The notes beneath the pieces were generated by a model. It searched no databases, was not told the DNA's origin, and worked only from the letters and a program-made list of their open reading frames with translations. Shown here one piece after another: positions 11,495 to 25,541 of a stretch of 64,000 bases of DNA (its first letter is position 1; each line of letters opens with the position of its first letter). Origin of the DNA: the human T2T-CHM13v2.0 reference genome, Homo sapiens; NCBI RefSeq assembly GCF_009914755.1, contig NC_060935.1; one strand, 5' to 3'. The position numbers and the translations under genes were made by a program.

Positions 11495-12822
11495 ATCTAG
11501 AAAAAAACTAAAGACTCCACCAAAACACACTTAGACCTGATAAACAAATTCATTAAAGTTATAGGATACAAAATCAACATACAAAAATCAGTAGCATTTC
11601 CTTTATACCAATAATGAACTGTCTGAGAAAGAAACCAGGAACGCAGTGCCGTTTACAGTAGCTGCCAAAAAACAACAAACAAACATAGTAATAAATTTAA
11701 TCAAAGGGGTGAAAGATCTCTGCAAGGAAAACTACAAAATACTAATTCAAAAAAATGGATAGGACACACACAAATGGAAAGACATTCCATGCTTATGGAT
11801 CAGAAGAATTAATATTGTTAAAATAACCAAACTAACCAAAGCAATCTATGGATTTAATGTAATTCCTATCAAAATACCAATGTCATTTCTCATGAACCAG
11901 AAAAAAATCCTAAAATTTGCATCAAACCAAAAAAGATTTTCAATGCCCAAAGCAGTCCTAAGCAAAAATAACAAAACTGGAGATATCACACTATCTGACT
12001 TCAAAATTTATCACAAAACTGTAGTAACTTTGCATAGTTTGTATCAACATGATACTGATACAAAAACAGACACAGAGACCAATGGAACACAACAGAGAAC
12101 CCATAAATAAATCCACATATTTGTTACAGCCAACTAATTTTTGACAAACTCACCAAGAACATACATTGGGGGAAAAAACCGTCTTCAGTAAATGGTGCCA
12201 GGAAAATTGGATATTCATATGCAGAAGAATGAAACTGGACTGCTATCTCTCACCATATACAACAATTGACTCAAAGTGGATTAAAGATAAATGTAAGATC
12301 TGAAATTATAAAACTAGAAGAAAACATAGAGGAAACACGTCAGGACATTTATCTAAGCAAATATTTTGTGGCTAAGACCTCAAAAGCATAGGTAATAAAA
12401 AAAATTGACAGATGAGACTATTTTAAACTAAGAAGCTTCTGCACAGCAAAGAAAATAATCAGCAAGTGAATAGACAATGTATTGAGTAGGAGAAAATATT
12501 TGCAAATTATTCATCTGACAAGGGACTAAAATAAGTCAACAGTAATAAATAAACAAATAAAATAAATAATCCCATTAAACAGTAGGCAAAGGTCCTGAAT
12601 AGACATTTTCCAAAAGAAGACATACGAATGGCCAACAGGTATATGAAAAAAATGCTCAACATCACTAATCGTCAGGGAAATGCAAATCAAAACCACAAGG
12701 AGATATCACCCTACCTCAGTTAGAATGGCTATTAAAAAGACTGAAAAATGACAGATTCTGGTGAGGACTCAGGTAAAAGGGAACAACAAATATGTACAAA
12801 TATTATGTATCAATTAAAAAAT
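11495..12822 (+). mobile_element. L1MA-type ORF2 fragment joined to the extreme 3' end
   Basis: ORF2 3' sequence (aaagactccaccaaa..ggatacaaaatcaacatacaaaaatcagtagcatttc); ends aaatatgtacaaatattatgtatcaattaaaaaa. Confidence 0.88.
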
Positions 12823-12824
12823 AC

Positions 12825-14010
12825 ACTGAATGAGATTAACACAGATTAAATATCAAGATAAGTAAACCAGAAGACATTATAAATATGCAAGTGATTCACA
12901 TAAAAGAAAAAATAATAATTTCAAAAGTGAAAAAAGCATCGGTGAGCTCTGAAACAGTTTCAAGTAAGCTGGCACATGTATCTTAAATTCCTGAAAAAGC
13001 CAGTGACAGAAAAAAATATTTTAAAAATAATAGTCATAACATTTCAAATTTTGAGAAAAACTACAAATCCACAAATCTAAGAAGCATAATCAATGTCAAG
13101 CACAAGGATTATTTAGAAAACTACTCCAAGACTTATCATAATCCAATTGATCAATACTAGTGATAAAGAGAAATCTTAAAAGGAGCCTGAAGCAAAAGGA
13201 ACATTACATAAAACATAAGGTTGACAGCAGATTTATTGTCTGAAACAATGCAAGCACAGAGACAGTATAGCAACATCCTTTTACGTACTGAAATAAAACA
13301 CTCTAAACCTAGAATGTTGTGTCTAGAAAAAAATCCTTAAAAATGATACAATGTATTGTATCATTGTTATGTAACGTATCATTACAAGTTAAAATAATGC
13401 ATCACAAAAAGACCTCAACTACAAGAAATGTTACAAAAAGTCCTTAAGGCAGATGAAAAATGTTAGCATATGGATATATGGATAAACCAAAGCAATAAAA
13501 TACTATTTAATCCTAATTATGTGGGTAAATATATTCAATTTTTTACTTAAAGATTTTTAAAAGATAATTGGTTGTTTAAACAGACAAATAAAAATATAAC
13601 ATAAAGTCTATAATGCATGTATAATTGAAATGCAAACTATGATAGAAAATAGATTAATGGTCCTCTGGGGCCTAGGTTAGGGTAGAGATTTGAGAAGCTA
13701 GAAAGATAAATTACAAAGGGACGAGGGCAAATTTGGGGAGATTACAGATGCTTTCACTATCTTAATCATGCTCATGGCCTCACAAGTATACACATATATC
13801 AAAACTTCTCCAATTTTACATTAAAAATAAAAGTCTATAAACAAAGTCACTGTGTTAAGGTTTTATAGCAAGTTCAATTTAACTATCCAGTAATAAACAG
13901 TCTCTATTTTATAAATCGTATCAGGAACTAGAAAAGGAGGGAACTATCCCCAAATCATTTAACAAGGGTAATATTACCTTGAAACCAAACTAGAATAGGG
14001 TAGCATGAGA
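12825..14010 (+). mobile_element. Old L1M fragments (ORF1, 3'UTR, ORF2 pieces)
   Basis: ttgacagcagatttattgtctgaaacaatgcaagc..aacctagaat; cacaagtatacacatatatcaaaactt; ttaccttgaaaccaaaacta. Confidence 0.7.
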
Positions 14011-16249
14011 AAGGAAAAAGTTTATATTAGGTTTGGGGCAGATTTGGTACTTGGCTTGGAGTCCTCTGCTGAGAGAAACAGACTACAAGGACATTCAACA
14101 GCACCTCCTATGCAGTTAGATTTACAAGGGCCCCTGAAATCCACTGCTGGCTCCAGGGCAGGGACAGACCTCAGCTCCCCAACCTACATATGCCCCAGCT
14201 GTTCCACTTTTGAAGTTTACCAAGCAAGCAACTGTTTAGAGACAATTTAATTGTAATGAGCCCTCATAGCTAAGTGGTCTTTTATTAGCCCAAATGGAAT
14301 CCCATGCGTCAGGAGGGGTCACCTTCTCCCAATTCCCCTCCAGTCTTTCCCCATTAAAGTGAAATATGGCTTTAATATAGTCACACCTGGGGGAAGTGCT
14401 CTCTTAACCGGCAGCCATGGATGCCCACCCTCCCCTATTTAAAGGTTGCCTCTTATTTCTTTATTCCTCTGGGCTGGGTTTGGCAGCTTTTTGAATGATC
14501 AGATTAGTTTTAAAGTCAATAGAAACATAGCATACGAATAGCAAAATCACCGGCACTTAAGTACTTTGGAGCTGACTTCAGTCATAATTTAAGTATAAAG
14601 AGATTGGGGGAAGACAGAACAAATAGCCCATGAAAACTAGTTTTAGAGTTCTTTATTCAGTATGTGTTTGGGGAAATTGCAGGATAGACGACTCCAACAA
14701 ATCCAGGTTTTAGTGTCTCTTGGGCTCCTGAAGCCTGGGAAAGGCAAAGTGGGCCAAAGCTGGCCTCAGTGTGTGTGGGAACTGCAGGGGATGGGGGTTA
14801 GGAGGACAGTTTATAAAGAAAATGGTTCAAAACTCTATTTTGATTCCTAGGGTAAAGTAGGCTACCAGGAGGAACACAGAGTTCATTCAAGGCACAAAGC
14901 TCAGATTAAAATGTTTCATCAGCTTTCTAACTTCCAGCACGCTCACACTTGGGCACATCTAGCAGCCTGTGTACACCCAGAATTCTGTTGCTTTGGGGCA
15001 CCAACAATACACTGAAACCAGTCTATGATGATTTTCATTCTCAATCATGTTAGCGAAGGCTCAGAACAGTTAACAACTATGAGAAGGTCACACAGCCCTC
15101 AACCCTTTGACTCCAAAGTCTGTGTGCTATGGGAGTCAGTGGATGAGAATACGTTCCTCTCTTGTTGTATTTTCTTGGCTCTCACTTACTTCTAAAGGTG
15201 TCTTTCATATTTTCAGCCTCCTCCTTTTACAAATAAGTCAACAGTATGGCCTGGCAGAGTCACTTAGTAGCTTTCCTCCAGTCATGGGTGATCAAATATT
15301 CTTTTGCATATTTGGCATATTTATATTCCTCAGGAAGTTGTATCCACTGGCCCATATCTTCAGTCAAATATAAGTTTTATGGTTGCAAAGTTCTAAATCT
15401 CTCTTACTCTCACATTTAAATTATCCCAGATCTTTCTGGAGATTCAAGGTCTACAGGAACCAGCAAGTATCTCTAAGCTGTGACTTAAAGAATTTGATTT
15501 ATTTGGCTTCTTCTCCTTTGAATAGCTTGAGTGTTCCTGCTACAGGGAAAGGCCACAGAGTAAACAAGAAAATAAAATAACTAATGAAATCCAAGTATCT
15601 AATTCCAACAGAAGAGAAAGAGAGAGAGAGAGATCATGTAGAGACTCAAATAAATTATTTTGATTTACTATCTGAAACCTTAGATCAAATTTCTGACTAC
15701 TTTTATTCACACATTCATTGCATCATTTTTTCCTCAAAATCCGCCTTTACTTTTGATCTCAGGCTGCTCTCAGAAACTATGATATCATTGAGTACTACAG
15801 TATTCCTCTTTTTCCTTGAAAAGGTCACTTATTTAATTTGCTCCTTGGACAAAAGCCCACGTGCCTTATAATCAAGGCCTGATCTTGCTTAATGCCATGA
15901 GAGTGAAAGGGATGTAGAGAGAGTTTATTCTTTTTCTAATGATATTCATATGAGCTGCTGCATTCCCACAAAAACAGGGCCAGGAAGGGTATGCTTAGCT
16001 TTTTCGAGAAAGGTGTAATAGTCAGGCAATATTTTTCCTATCTGTAACTCAGCTCCTTGAAAATGAGCCACTGTGGCATACCAGCTAGGAGATACTTTAG
16101 GTCTAGAATGTGGACATTCTGCTATAATGTTTCCTCACATAAATAGGAAACAGAAAATATTCTAGAGCAAAAGCAAAATTAACATGATCTGAGCTTACTC
16201 CAAAAATGTAGAATTCAAATTACATATGGAAGATCTTAACCAGAAGCAA

Positions 16250-16985
16250 TGAGATGGGAGAGTTCCCTGACCCCCCTCACAGGAAGTTCTAGAGGGGTGT
16301 GGCTTATCTGTTTGGCCACCACATGCTCAAACCGCTTACAGGAGGGGGACCATTCAGACAGGCAGGCGCAGGAGCCGGGATGAGCACTTTTGGGCTCCAG
16401 CCCCACAGTAGCGTCTGGGGAGAGTACCTGCAACTCCTGAAACCTTGATGGGCTTGTTGCAGTGCTCCTTTTAGCTCTGACATCCACAGACAGCTTAAAC
16501 GTTAACCAGCTCAGTGCCCTCTTGGTAGCCAGGTTCTTGTCTGGCATCCAGGAAAAATCAGGTCACACAGACAAATTGAAGGATGGTAAATGCTGGGAAT
16601 TTTATTGCCAGATGGAGGTGGCTCTCAGCGGGATGAAAGGGAATGGAGTGGGAAGATGAGATCTTCACCTGGAGTTCAGCCAGCCTGCGGCTGATCTTCT
16701 CTCCAACTGCCCCCAGCTGAACTCCTCTTGATATTCAGATGCTTCTTCTCTTCTCTCCTTCTTTGCCTTGCCACTCTTCTATTCCTCTGCTCTTCTGCTC
16801 ATGGAGCCTGGGGTTTGGAGTTTATATGGGTACAGGATGGGGGGCGTGGCAGGCCAAAAGGCAACGTTTGGGTGCAGAAACAGGAATGCCTGTTCCCATT
16901 TAGGGCCGTAGGTTTCCAGGCTTGAGGCTTTGCTGGGGAACTGCCCTCTTCTACCCAGTATCTCCCTTGCCTTCTGTTCGTATCA
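16250..16985 (-). mobile_element. ERV1 solo LTR of the LTR27/LTR28/MER52 group
   Basis: reverse strand starts TGATACGAACAGAAGGCAAGGGAGATACTGGGTAGAAGAGGGC and ends GGGAACTCTCCCATCTCA; perfect 4-bp TSD GCAA. Confidence 0.88.
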
Positions 16986-18567
16986 GCAACATCAGTAGGA
17001 TATGGAATTATGTTCCCAGACGACTTCTGAAAATACATGATATCCATCAGGGCATAAGACTTCACAAGAAGTACATAATAGAAATCATCCCTAGCATTGA
17101 GAAGAAAGAAATGAAGTCAGCTCCATCCACTGCAGGCCCTGAAGCCATGGGACAACAAGGAGGTAAATGCAACAGCTCATGTTCCTTCAGAGTAGCAGGT
17201 TTTAGCGGGGAAGAGCATAGCCAGGGATCAAAGAAACTCATTAGAAAAGATGACAAGAAACCTTCCTGTTTAATACTGCTGTACCTTTTCCACTTATTAC
17301 TGAGATTTCCTCTTCTGAAAAAAAATCATAGTGATTCGGACATTGTCCGGCGTGAGTAAAGCTTAAGACAACTCTGCTTCAAATTCTTCTTTCATCCACC
17401 CCCATTTATTTCTGATTGACATGACACTTCCAGCCTGAAGAAGCTGACAATCATTGGATAAGAGGTAGCACAAGAGGTTCACCTGAGAGGAAATAAACAG
17501 GAGCTCAATGGGGAAAAAACAGTAATACCACATTTCAGTGGCAGGAATTAGTAAAGTGCTTTTATTTCCATCTCCCTTTATCCCTTCAGGCAGCCACTAC
17601 AGTTTGACTCCTTTGATTCTCAACCCAAAAGATCACATCCTGATCTAAATGAATCCTTTTTGTTAGAATGTCTTCCCTTTCCCATTTGTGGGAAATGCCT
17701 AAATCCTGACCTAAATCCAAACCAAAACTGTCTCCTATCTGCTGTGCTATGCCTCTTATTCTCCATCTCCCACTTCCATGGCCCAGAAATATGAGTCCGT
17801 CACCGTCTTCTCTCTGTGCATCCTCTGATCTGCTGGACTCTAATCGCTCACTCCTGACTTTCGCACGGTAGAAATAACAGACTCTGCTGGCCATGTGAAT
17901 ACAATCATCCTTTTCTATCTCTGTGTATGCAGAGTAGTGGGGGCAGAGGTGGTGAAGAGAAACAGGACATAGGGAGGGGGGCTGGGCTAGAGGAAGGAAG
18001 GCTAATGACAGAGAAAAAGGGAAGAAGGGGTAAATGAACTCTCTTCAGACAGAATGAATACATTCTAAGCCCCAAGATTTGGATTTTCACAAAGCGCTTA
18101 TAAACCCACCCAACTGAGCTTCAACACTTCTTAGAAACAGATTTGGTATACTAAGCTTGAGCTTACCATTACAGTGTTTTATGCATGAAAGTGCCAAGTC
18201 AGAGAAAACATGAGTAGAGAATGGGGAAGGAGAGAGACGGAAAAGAAGCCGTTGCACGAGTTTTAACTGATGAGAAGCACATTGTCAGGTTCTGCCCTGG
18301 GGAATCCCACTCTGGCTATGTCTGCAGGGATGGTAGATGAAGAACACAGAACAAGGTAGGCAGAGGAACACCCTTGGTGTATCCAGAAATGGGCTCAATT
18401 GCTGCAGGAAAGCCGGGGCCATCTGTTCTTTTTCAGTTTGTGGAAAATATTACTTCGGTCCAAAAGGAGGCTCTGTATTTGGCCACTTTTAATAGCTGCA
18501 CATAAAGACATGGTACCTGTTCACAGACTGAATATTGTTGATGACTTTTGTTCATTTAAAAATATAG

Positions 18568-19025
18568 GTTTATGTTGAGAATATTTCAATTCAAATACGA
18601 TTATATTATAGATAATTTATATACAAGAAACTATTGTTAACTATTGTCTCCCTACTGTACTATAGAGCATTAGAACATATTGCTTCTGACTAACTGTATT
18701 TTTGCACCCATTAACCAACTTCTCTTCATGCCCTCTCCATAGCCTGCCCAGCCTCTGGTAACCGCCATTCTACTCAGCACCTCCATGAGATCCATTTTTG
18801 TCAGCTTCCACATGAAAGAGAACATGCAGTATGTGTCTTTCTGTGCCTGGCTTTTTTCTCTTAACATAATGACCTCCAGGTCTATCCATATTGCAACAAA
18901 GATGAATGTCTGGTGTGATGGGTTTCCCAATTACCCTGATTTGATCATCACACAATTTACACATGTATCAAAATGCCATCTATCCCCCAAAATATGTATA
19001 ACTATTATATTTTAAACAATAAAAT
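18568..19025 (+). mobile_element. Short L1MA insertion with 5' inversion (minus 18568-18900, plus 18901-19025)
   Basis: both parts are L1MA 3'UTR and are contiguous in L1 coordinates. Confidence 0.85.
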
Positions 19026-19854
19026 TTTTAAGAGCAAATAGATGAAGAATAGATTTAACTTTATCTAAAAAAGGTACAAATACACACACAAAATAAGCCA
19101 CCAATAATCCAATTTTGAATATGAATATAGATGCAACACACATACAAATGCTAATGTGTGCATGTGTAGGCAGGTAGATAGATGGATAGACAGATGAATA
19201 ATAGGAAAATAGATATAAGAATGTCATATATGCAGGAAGATTGTCTTCCCCTTTGCCTTCTATCCAAGATTAAAAATGTATTGTATATATTTTATGTTTA
19301 TAGATTTTTTAATTTAAATTATAAACCAACCAGAATTTCCTTTATGTATAGCATTTAATATCAAAACCTAAGGATATATTCTTCTAAGTTTATTTCCAAT
19401 ATCTCCAACATTATTTAATATATTTCCCAGTGATTTTGAGACATATTTATCACATATTAATTTCTCATGTACTTTCAGATTTCTTTTTAGACTCTATTCT
19501 CTAACACTAATTTATTTGCCCCTTCCAGTGCCAAAATGTTTGCTTTACAGCTTGTACTGACCCACATTTACACTCTCATCTGACCTTTAGAATTAATTTG
19601 CATGATTAGTGCCAATATCTATTCCCCAGGGTGAAAAGTAATTGCCTTCTTGTTATAATTGCTATACAAGTTTGGAAAAAAAAAAAAACAGAAAAAAATA
19701 GCGATTGAAGCATCAACATGTATAAGGATGTTTAATCTCAGAGGCAGTATCAAGGCAGAGACTCATAGATCATCCCAACCCCAATGTATTTATACCTATA
19801 GCAAAATGCACATTTTTTGGCATTGAAGCTGAATGAATTCGCATTAAAAACATA

Positions 19855-20000
19855 AGTCTGCCATTGAATATGAAACATACTTGATTTCTCTGAGGCTCAA
19901 TTTTTTCCTCTGTAAAATCAGAAAGATAATACCTTTCAGGATTGGTGTTTAAATGTGCTGTGTATCTAGCATAGCAGGTGCTCAACAGAAGTTAACTCCT
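19855..20000 (+). mobile_element. MIR SINE
   Basis: ctctgaggctcaattttttcctctgtaaaat..tagcatagcaggtgctcaac. Confidence 0.7.
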
Positions 20001-20463
20001 TTATCCCTTCTAATCGTCAATTCTCAGTCACTTGTCCAGCTGTGTTTATTCAATTATATAACTTAGCATTATTATGAGAAGATTGCAGTTGATTTTATAG
20101 TGTTGAAATTGATATAACAGGAATAGGAATGTGGAAAGAAGGTCACACGCAAAGCACATCCTTGCTTTAAGGAGCTTACAGTCAAGTGGGTGAACAAAAA
20201 TACTTCTTGCATGTTTTAAATAAAATAATCAAGAGTGATTTTATGGAATTTCTAAATATGTTTCTAGAGTTACACGTTAATAATACTTCTCCTTCTCTTA
20301 GATAACTTTAGTGGGGAAAAAAGAACAATAGGGTTTCCTCTAAAAGGACCTTCCCATGAGCCTCCATAGTTACAGTCAAGAGAAAGTCAATGAACAGATT
20401 TGTAGTTTCTCATACTTGGAACATAAGTTTTTGAACAGAAGATGAGAAAAATGAAAATAAAAG

Positions 20464-21768
20464 TGTATTAGTTAGCTATTGCTGTTATATAGTTCCATGA
20501 TAAGCCATCTCACAACTCCCTTCAAATAAAGTAGTTTCTGTATGGATCCGTAATCCAGCAGCTAAAGCCACATACATTCCAAATTCATCATTCTGAGTTT
20601 CAAGACAAACCTGGATACTTCTATCTCTCGACAATGGCCTCAGTGGCCAAGGCACTGACTATATTTGCCTTGACCCCAAAATGCATCTTTGCTCTACCTT
20701 CACATGGGTGGAACTGTCTTCCTCATGAGATAAAGCAAATAAGAGGCATTTGGGGGAGACCTGAAGACTCAGAAATCTCAATATTATTTCCACCTTGGGT
20801 TTATTTTTCTGCCTTTGGGGCATAGAATTTACATTCATCTAGCCTGCAGGTCTTCAAATTACTATACTCTTAATAAATTTATATTGTAGTTGACAGGCAG
20901 AAAGAGCCTCTTTTAGAAAGTCATATTTTCTTTCTTTTATGCATTCAGATATCCCAGAAGCCCACAATTCTGCAAAATGTAGCCAGCACTCTCCAATACA
21001 GTTTTACTTTTTACTAAATAACCAATACTACAGCCTTGGACAGCAAAGTTTAAATGCCAAGAAACAATAGTTCACAGTTTAACTAGTTGCTTTGATTCTG
21101 TATAACAAGAATTGTATACTTTCCAGACTAGGATACAAGGTTTCCTATTGCTTTCAATCCTACCTCTTTGACTAGATCCATTTCACACTTCTCTGTTAAT
21201 TATAATGCCCCACTCCTGGCACAAAATTCTGAAACTGTTATTCTTCTTTTGGTTGCACATGTTGGAAAAGCCAACTAACGGTGGCTTATACACAAAACTA
21301 ATTTATTATTCATGTAAGTATATTTCCAAAGATAATACTGGCTTAAAGTATAGCTTGATTCAGCACTTAATGAGGACCTGACTTTTTTCTGCCTTCAGCA
21401 TTATTGGCTTTATCCTAAGACTGGCTTTTCTGGAGGTCTTATAATGACTGCCAATAGGTGCTGGAGCTGCATTTTTTTGTTGCTCAGCTCTGCATAAAAG
21501 TGAGCCTTTGCCAATCATTACCAGCAAATATCCAGAGATTCACTTTCTTTAAACAACTTAAATTACATCTCTACCTTGTTACCTACTCTGTGTGCAGGGA
21601 ATAGATTGTATTGCTTGGCTTATCCCAGGTCATAGGGTGCGTCTGTGGATCTGGAGGTATGGTTGAATTACCCAGAACCAAATGGATTTCTAAACAGTGA
21701 CTGGAAGCTCTGGTAATGGGAAAGTAAGGAATGGTTGCTAAGGAGGTATGCAACAAATTTCCACTACA
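20464..21768 (-). mobile_element. MLT1 (J/K-like) LTR at about 21235-21768 plus probable MLT1 internal remnant
   Basis: ttttggttgcac..aaagccaactaac..ggctta..aatttatt; ends ccactaca; tgtattagttagctattgctg at 20464. Confidence 0.55.
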
Positions 21769-22478
21769 TTTAAATAGTGCCTTTCTCCTTATTGGATAAA
21801 GATCATGTACATTTAGTTCATTAATTTTTTTCCTTAGCAACTAAAACAATGCAATTCATTTCTAGTCTGGGAATGAATATCACCCAAACAGTGTTGTTAA
21901 TTGGATATATTACACATTAAACACAGACACAGAAGGTAAAACTAAAGTCAGTTTACAAACACAGATAATTTGTAACAGTCTTTACTTCATATTTCAGGAT
22001 TTTTACACTTGGAATACTCTTCTTAGAAATATCTAAATATCTCACTCCTCCTCTTCATCTTTTTCCCTAAAGGTCCCCTCTTCAGTGAGGCCTTACCTAA
22101 ACACAAGTCTCTTTGCCCTGCAACATTTCCTATCATTCTTCCCCTTATCAGCTTTATTGAGATATATTTTATATATCACATGTTCACCCATTTAAAATGT
22201 AAAATTCTGTAGACTTTCAGCATAATCACCAATAGGTGCAACCTTTACCACAGTCCATTTTTGAACATTTCATCATCTCAAAAACAAACTCCGTAGCCTC
22301 TAAATGTCATCCTTTAGCTGCCTCAGCCCTGAGCAACCACAAATCTACCTTCTGTGTCTATATGTCTTTCTGGGCTTTCATGAGAATGAGATCATACAGC
22401 ACATGGTCTTTTGTGACTGGCATTTTTCACTTAGCAGAATTTATTCAAGGTTCATCTATGATGTGGCATATATCAGTA

Positions 22479-22906
22479 CATATAAGCTCCTTGAGTTACA
22501 ATGGAGGCATGTCCTGATAATCCCCTTGTAAATTGGAAATATCGTGAAGTCAAAATGTATTTAATATACCTAACCACCAAATATCATCATTTAGCATAGC
22601 CTACATTAAATGTGTTTAGAACACTTAAATTAGCCTCCAGTTGGGCAAAATCATCCGGCAACACAGCACACTGTAGGGTATCATTTGTTTGCTCTCATGA
22701 GCACGTACCTGACCAGAAGCTTTGACTCACTGCTGCTGCCCAGCATGGGGAGAAAATATTGTATAGCATATTCACTAGCTTGGGAAAAGATCAAGAATCA
22801 AAATTCAAAGTACAGGTTCTACTGTTTGTGTATCATTCATTTTTTCATTATTTTAAAGTCAAAAAATTGAAAAGCTGTAAGTCAAATCATTGTTGAGGAC
22901 TGTCCG
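22479..22906 (+). mobile_element. Tigger5/MER47B TcMar-Tigger element inserted in L1MB
   Basis: gctccttgagttacaatgg..gttgggcaaaatcatccggcaacacag..gggaaaagatcaa..; TA duplication; host reads cagta|tttcattcc. Confidence 0.85.
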
Positions 22907-25243
22907 TATTTCATTCCTTGTAATGGTTGAATCATATTTTATTATATGAATATACCATATTTTGTTTATTCATGGGTCCATTGATGGATGTTTCTGTTAT
23001 CTCCACCTTTTAGCTATTGTGAATATTGCTGCTATAAACATTTGTATACAAGTTTCTATGTGGTGGGGGACACATGTTTTCATTTCTCTTGGATATATTA
23101 GTAAGAGTTAAATTACTGGGGTATATGGTATCTGTAAGTTTAATCATTTGAGAAACTGCCAGACTGTTTTCCAAAGTGGCTGCACTATATTATATTCCCA
23201 TTAGTAGTGTACGGAGATATTGATTTTTTTATATCCTCACCAACACTTGTTATCTAACATTTTTATTGTAGCCATCTTAATGGAGATGTAAAGTGGTAAC
23301 TCCTTGATTTACCATGGTTATTATTTACATTTCCCTGATGACTAATGATGCTGAGCATCTTTGCATGTACTTGTGAGCCATTTATATACCTTTCTTGGAG
23401 GAATGTCTATTTGGATCTTTCACCTATTTTTAATTGTGTTATTTGTCTTTTTATTATTGAGTTGTAAGAGCTTTTTATATGTTCTGGATACAAGTCCCTT
23501 ATCAGATATATGATTTGTAACTATCTTCTCCCATTCTGTGGGTTGTCTTTACACTTTCTTGGTGGTGTCTTTTGAAGTATAAATTTTTAGTTTTGATCAA
23601 GTCTCATTTATCTAATTTTTATTTTGTTGCTCATGTTTTTGGTGGCATCTTATACATTCTTTGCAAATCCAAAGTCATGAAAATTTACCCTTATATTTTC
23701 TTGTAAACATTTTACAGTTTTCTGCTTTTACATTTAGGTCTTTGATCCATTTAATTTTTATGTATGGTGTAAATTATGATCCAACTTCATTCTTTCACAT
23801 GTAGATATCTAATTTTCCCAGAACCACTTGTGAAAAGACTATTCTTTCAGCTTTGAATGGTCTTGGCATTCTTGTTTAAAATCAGTTAACCATGGACGTA
23901 TGTGTTTATTTCTGAACTTTTGATTCTATTTCATTGACATATATGTCTATCCTGGGGATAGTATCATACTGTTTTGATGATTGTTATATTGTATTTAATC
24001 TTGAAATCAGAAAATGAGGGTCCTTCTATTTTATTCTTCTTTTACAGACTCGTTTTGGCTTTTCTGCCTTCTATATAGATTTCAGAATCACTTTTTCTAT
24101 TTCTAAGAAGAAATAATCTGTGATTTTGATAGAAATTGTATTGAATCTGTAGATCAGTTGGGGTGTATTATTAACAATGCTAAGTCTCCCAATCTATAAA
24201 CATGGTATGCTTTCTCATTGGCTTATATCTTCTTTCATCTCTTTCAGTAATGTTTTGTACATTTCAGAATATAAATTTTATGCTACCTTTGTTAAATATT
24301 TTTAATGTATTTTATTCTTTTGATACTACTGTGAATTAAATTTTTTATTTTATTTTCTGTTCATAGCAAGTATGCATCAATGCAATTTTTTTGTACATTG
24401 GCTTTGTAATTCTGTTCATTTGTTGAACTCATTTATTCATTTTAATAGTTCTTAGTAGATTCCTTAGAATTTTCTCTACACAGGATCACACATTCAGTTA
24501 ATTGAAACAGTTTTACTTTCTCCTTTCAAATTTAAATGCATTTTATTTCATTATTTACCTAATTTCCCTGGCAAGAGCCTTCAGTATAATGTTGAATGTA
24601 AGTGCTGAGAGCAAACATCCTTGTCTAGTTCCTGATATTAGAGGTAAATTGTTCAGTCTTCCAGTGTTAGATATGATGTTAGCTGTGGGTTTCTCGTAGA
24701 TAGCCTTTATCAGATTGAGTCCTTCTATTCTTATTTATTGTTTTTATTAGGAAAGAGTTTTGAATTTTGTCAACTTTTTTTGCGTCTATTAAAATGATTA
24801 TGTGATTTTAAAATATTGATAATATGTATCACATTAATTATTTTCAGATGTTAAGACTAAATCCCACTTGGTCACATGTGTAATTCTTTTTATATGACAC
24901 TGGATTCAGTTTGTGAGTATTTTGCTGAGGTTGTGTGACTCTATATTCATGAGTCATTGTTCTGTAGTTTTCTTGTGATATCTTTGGTTTTGATTAATAG
25001 AATGAGTTGGGAAGTGTTCTCTCTGCTAATTTTTGAAAACAGAACTGGTATGAATTCTATTTTTTAAATTTTGGGTAGAATTTAATGGTCAATCTATCTG
25101 GGTCAGGGCTTTATGTTGTGGATAGTTTTGTTTTTAATACTTTAATCTCTTCACTTATTATAGGTTTATTCAGATTGTGATTTCTCCACAAGTCAATTTT
25201 GGTGGTCCATAACTTCCAAGGAATGTGTCCATTTTATCTAATT

Positions 25244-25541
25244 CAGGGGTTCCCAACCCTGGACCACACAGCAGGAGATGAGTGGAGGGCAAGGGAGCAT
25301 TACTGCCTGAGCTCCTCTCCTGTCAGATCAGCGGTGGCATTAGATTCTCACAGGAGTGGATCCCTAATGTGAACTGTGCATGGGAGGGATCTAGGTTGCA
25401 TGCTTCTTATGAGAATCTAACTAATGCCTGATGGTCTGAGGTGGAACAGTTTCATCCCAAAACCATACCCCACCCCCAATCTGTGGAAAAATTGTCTTCC
25501 ATGAAACCAGTCCCTGATGCCAAAAAGGTTAGGGACTGCTA
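25244..25541 (+). mobile_element. MER1B hAT-Charlie MITE inserted in L1MB
   Basis: caggggttcccaaccc..gcattagattctca..gccaaaaaggttagggactgct; perfect 8-bp TSD ATCTAATT. Confidence 0.93.

Noticed and set aside
14250-14850. Possible ancient LTR fragments
   Set aside because: LTR-like composition, but I could not match a family or find termini or a TSD.
16922-17359. 145-aa ORF
   Set aside because: Starts at a non-ATG codon inside an LTR and resembles no protein I know.
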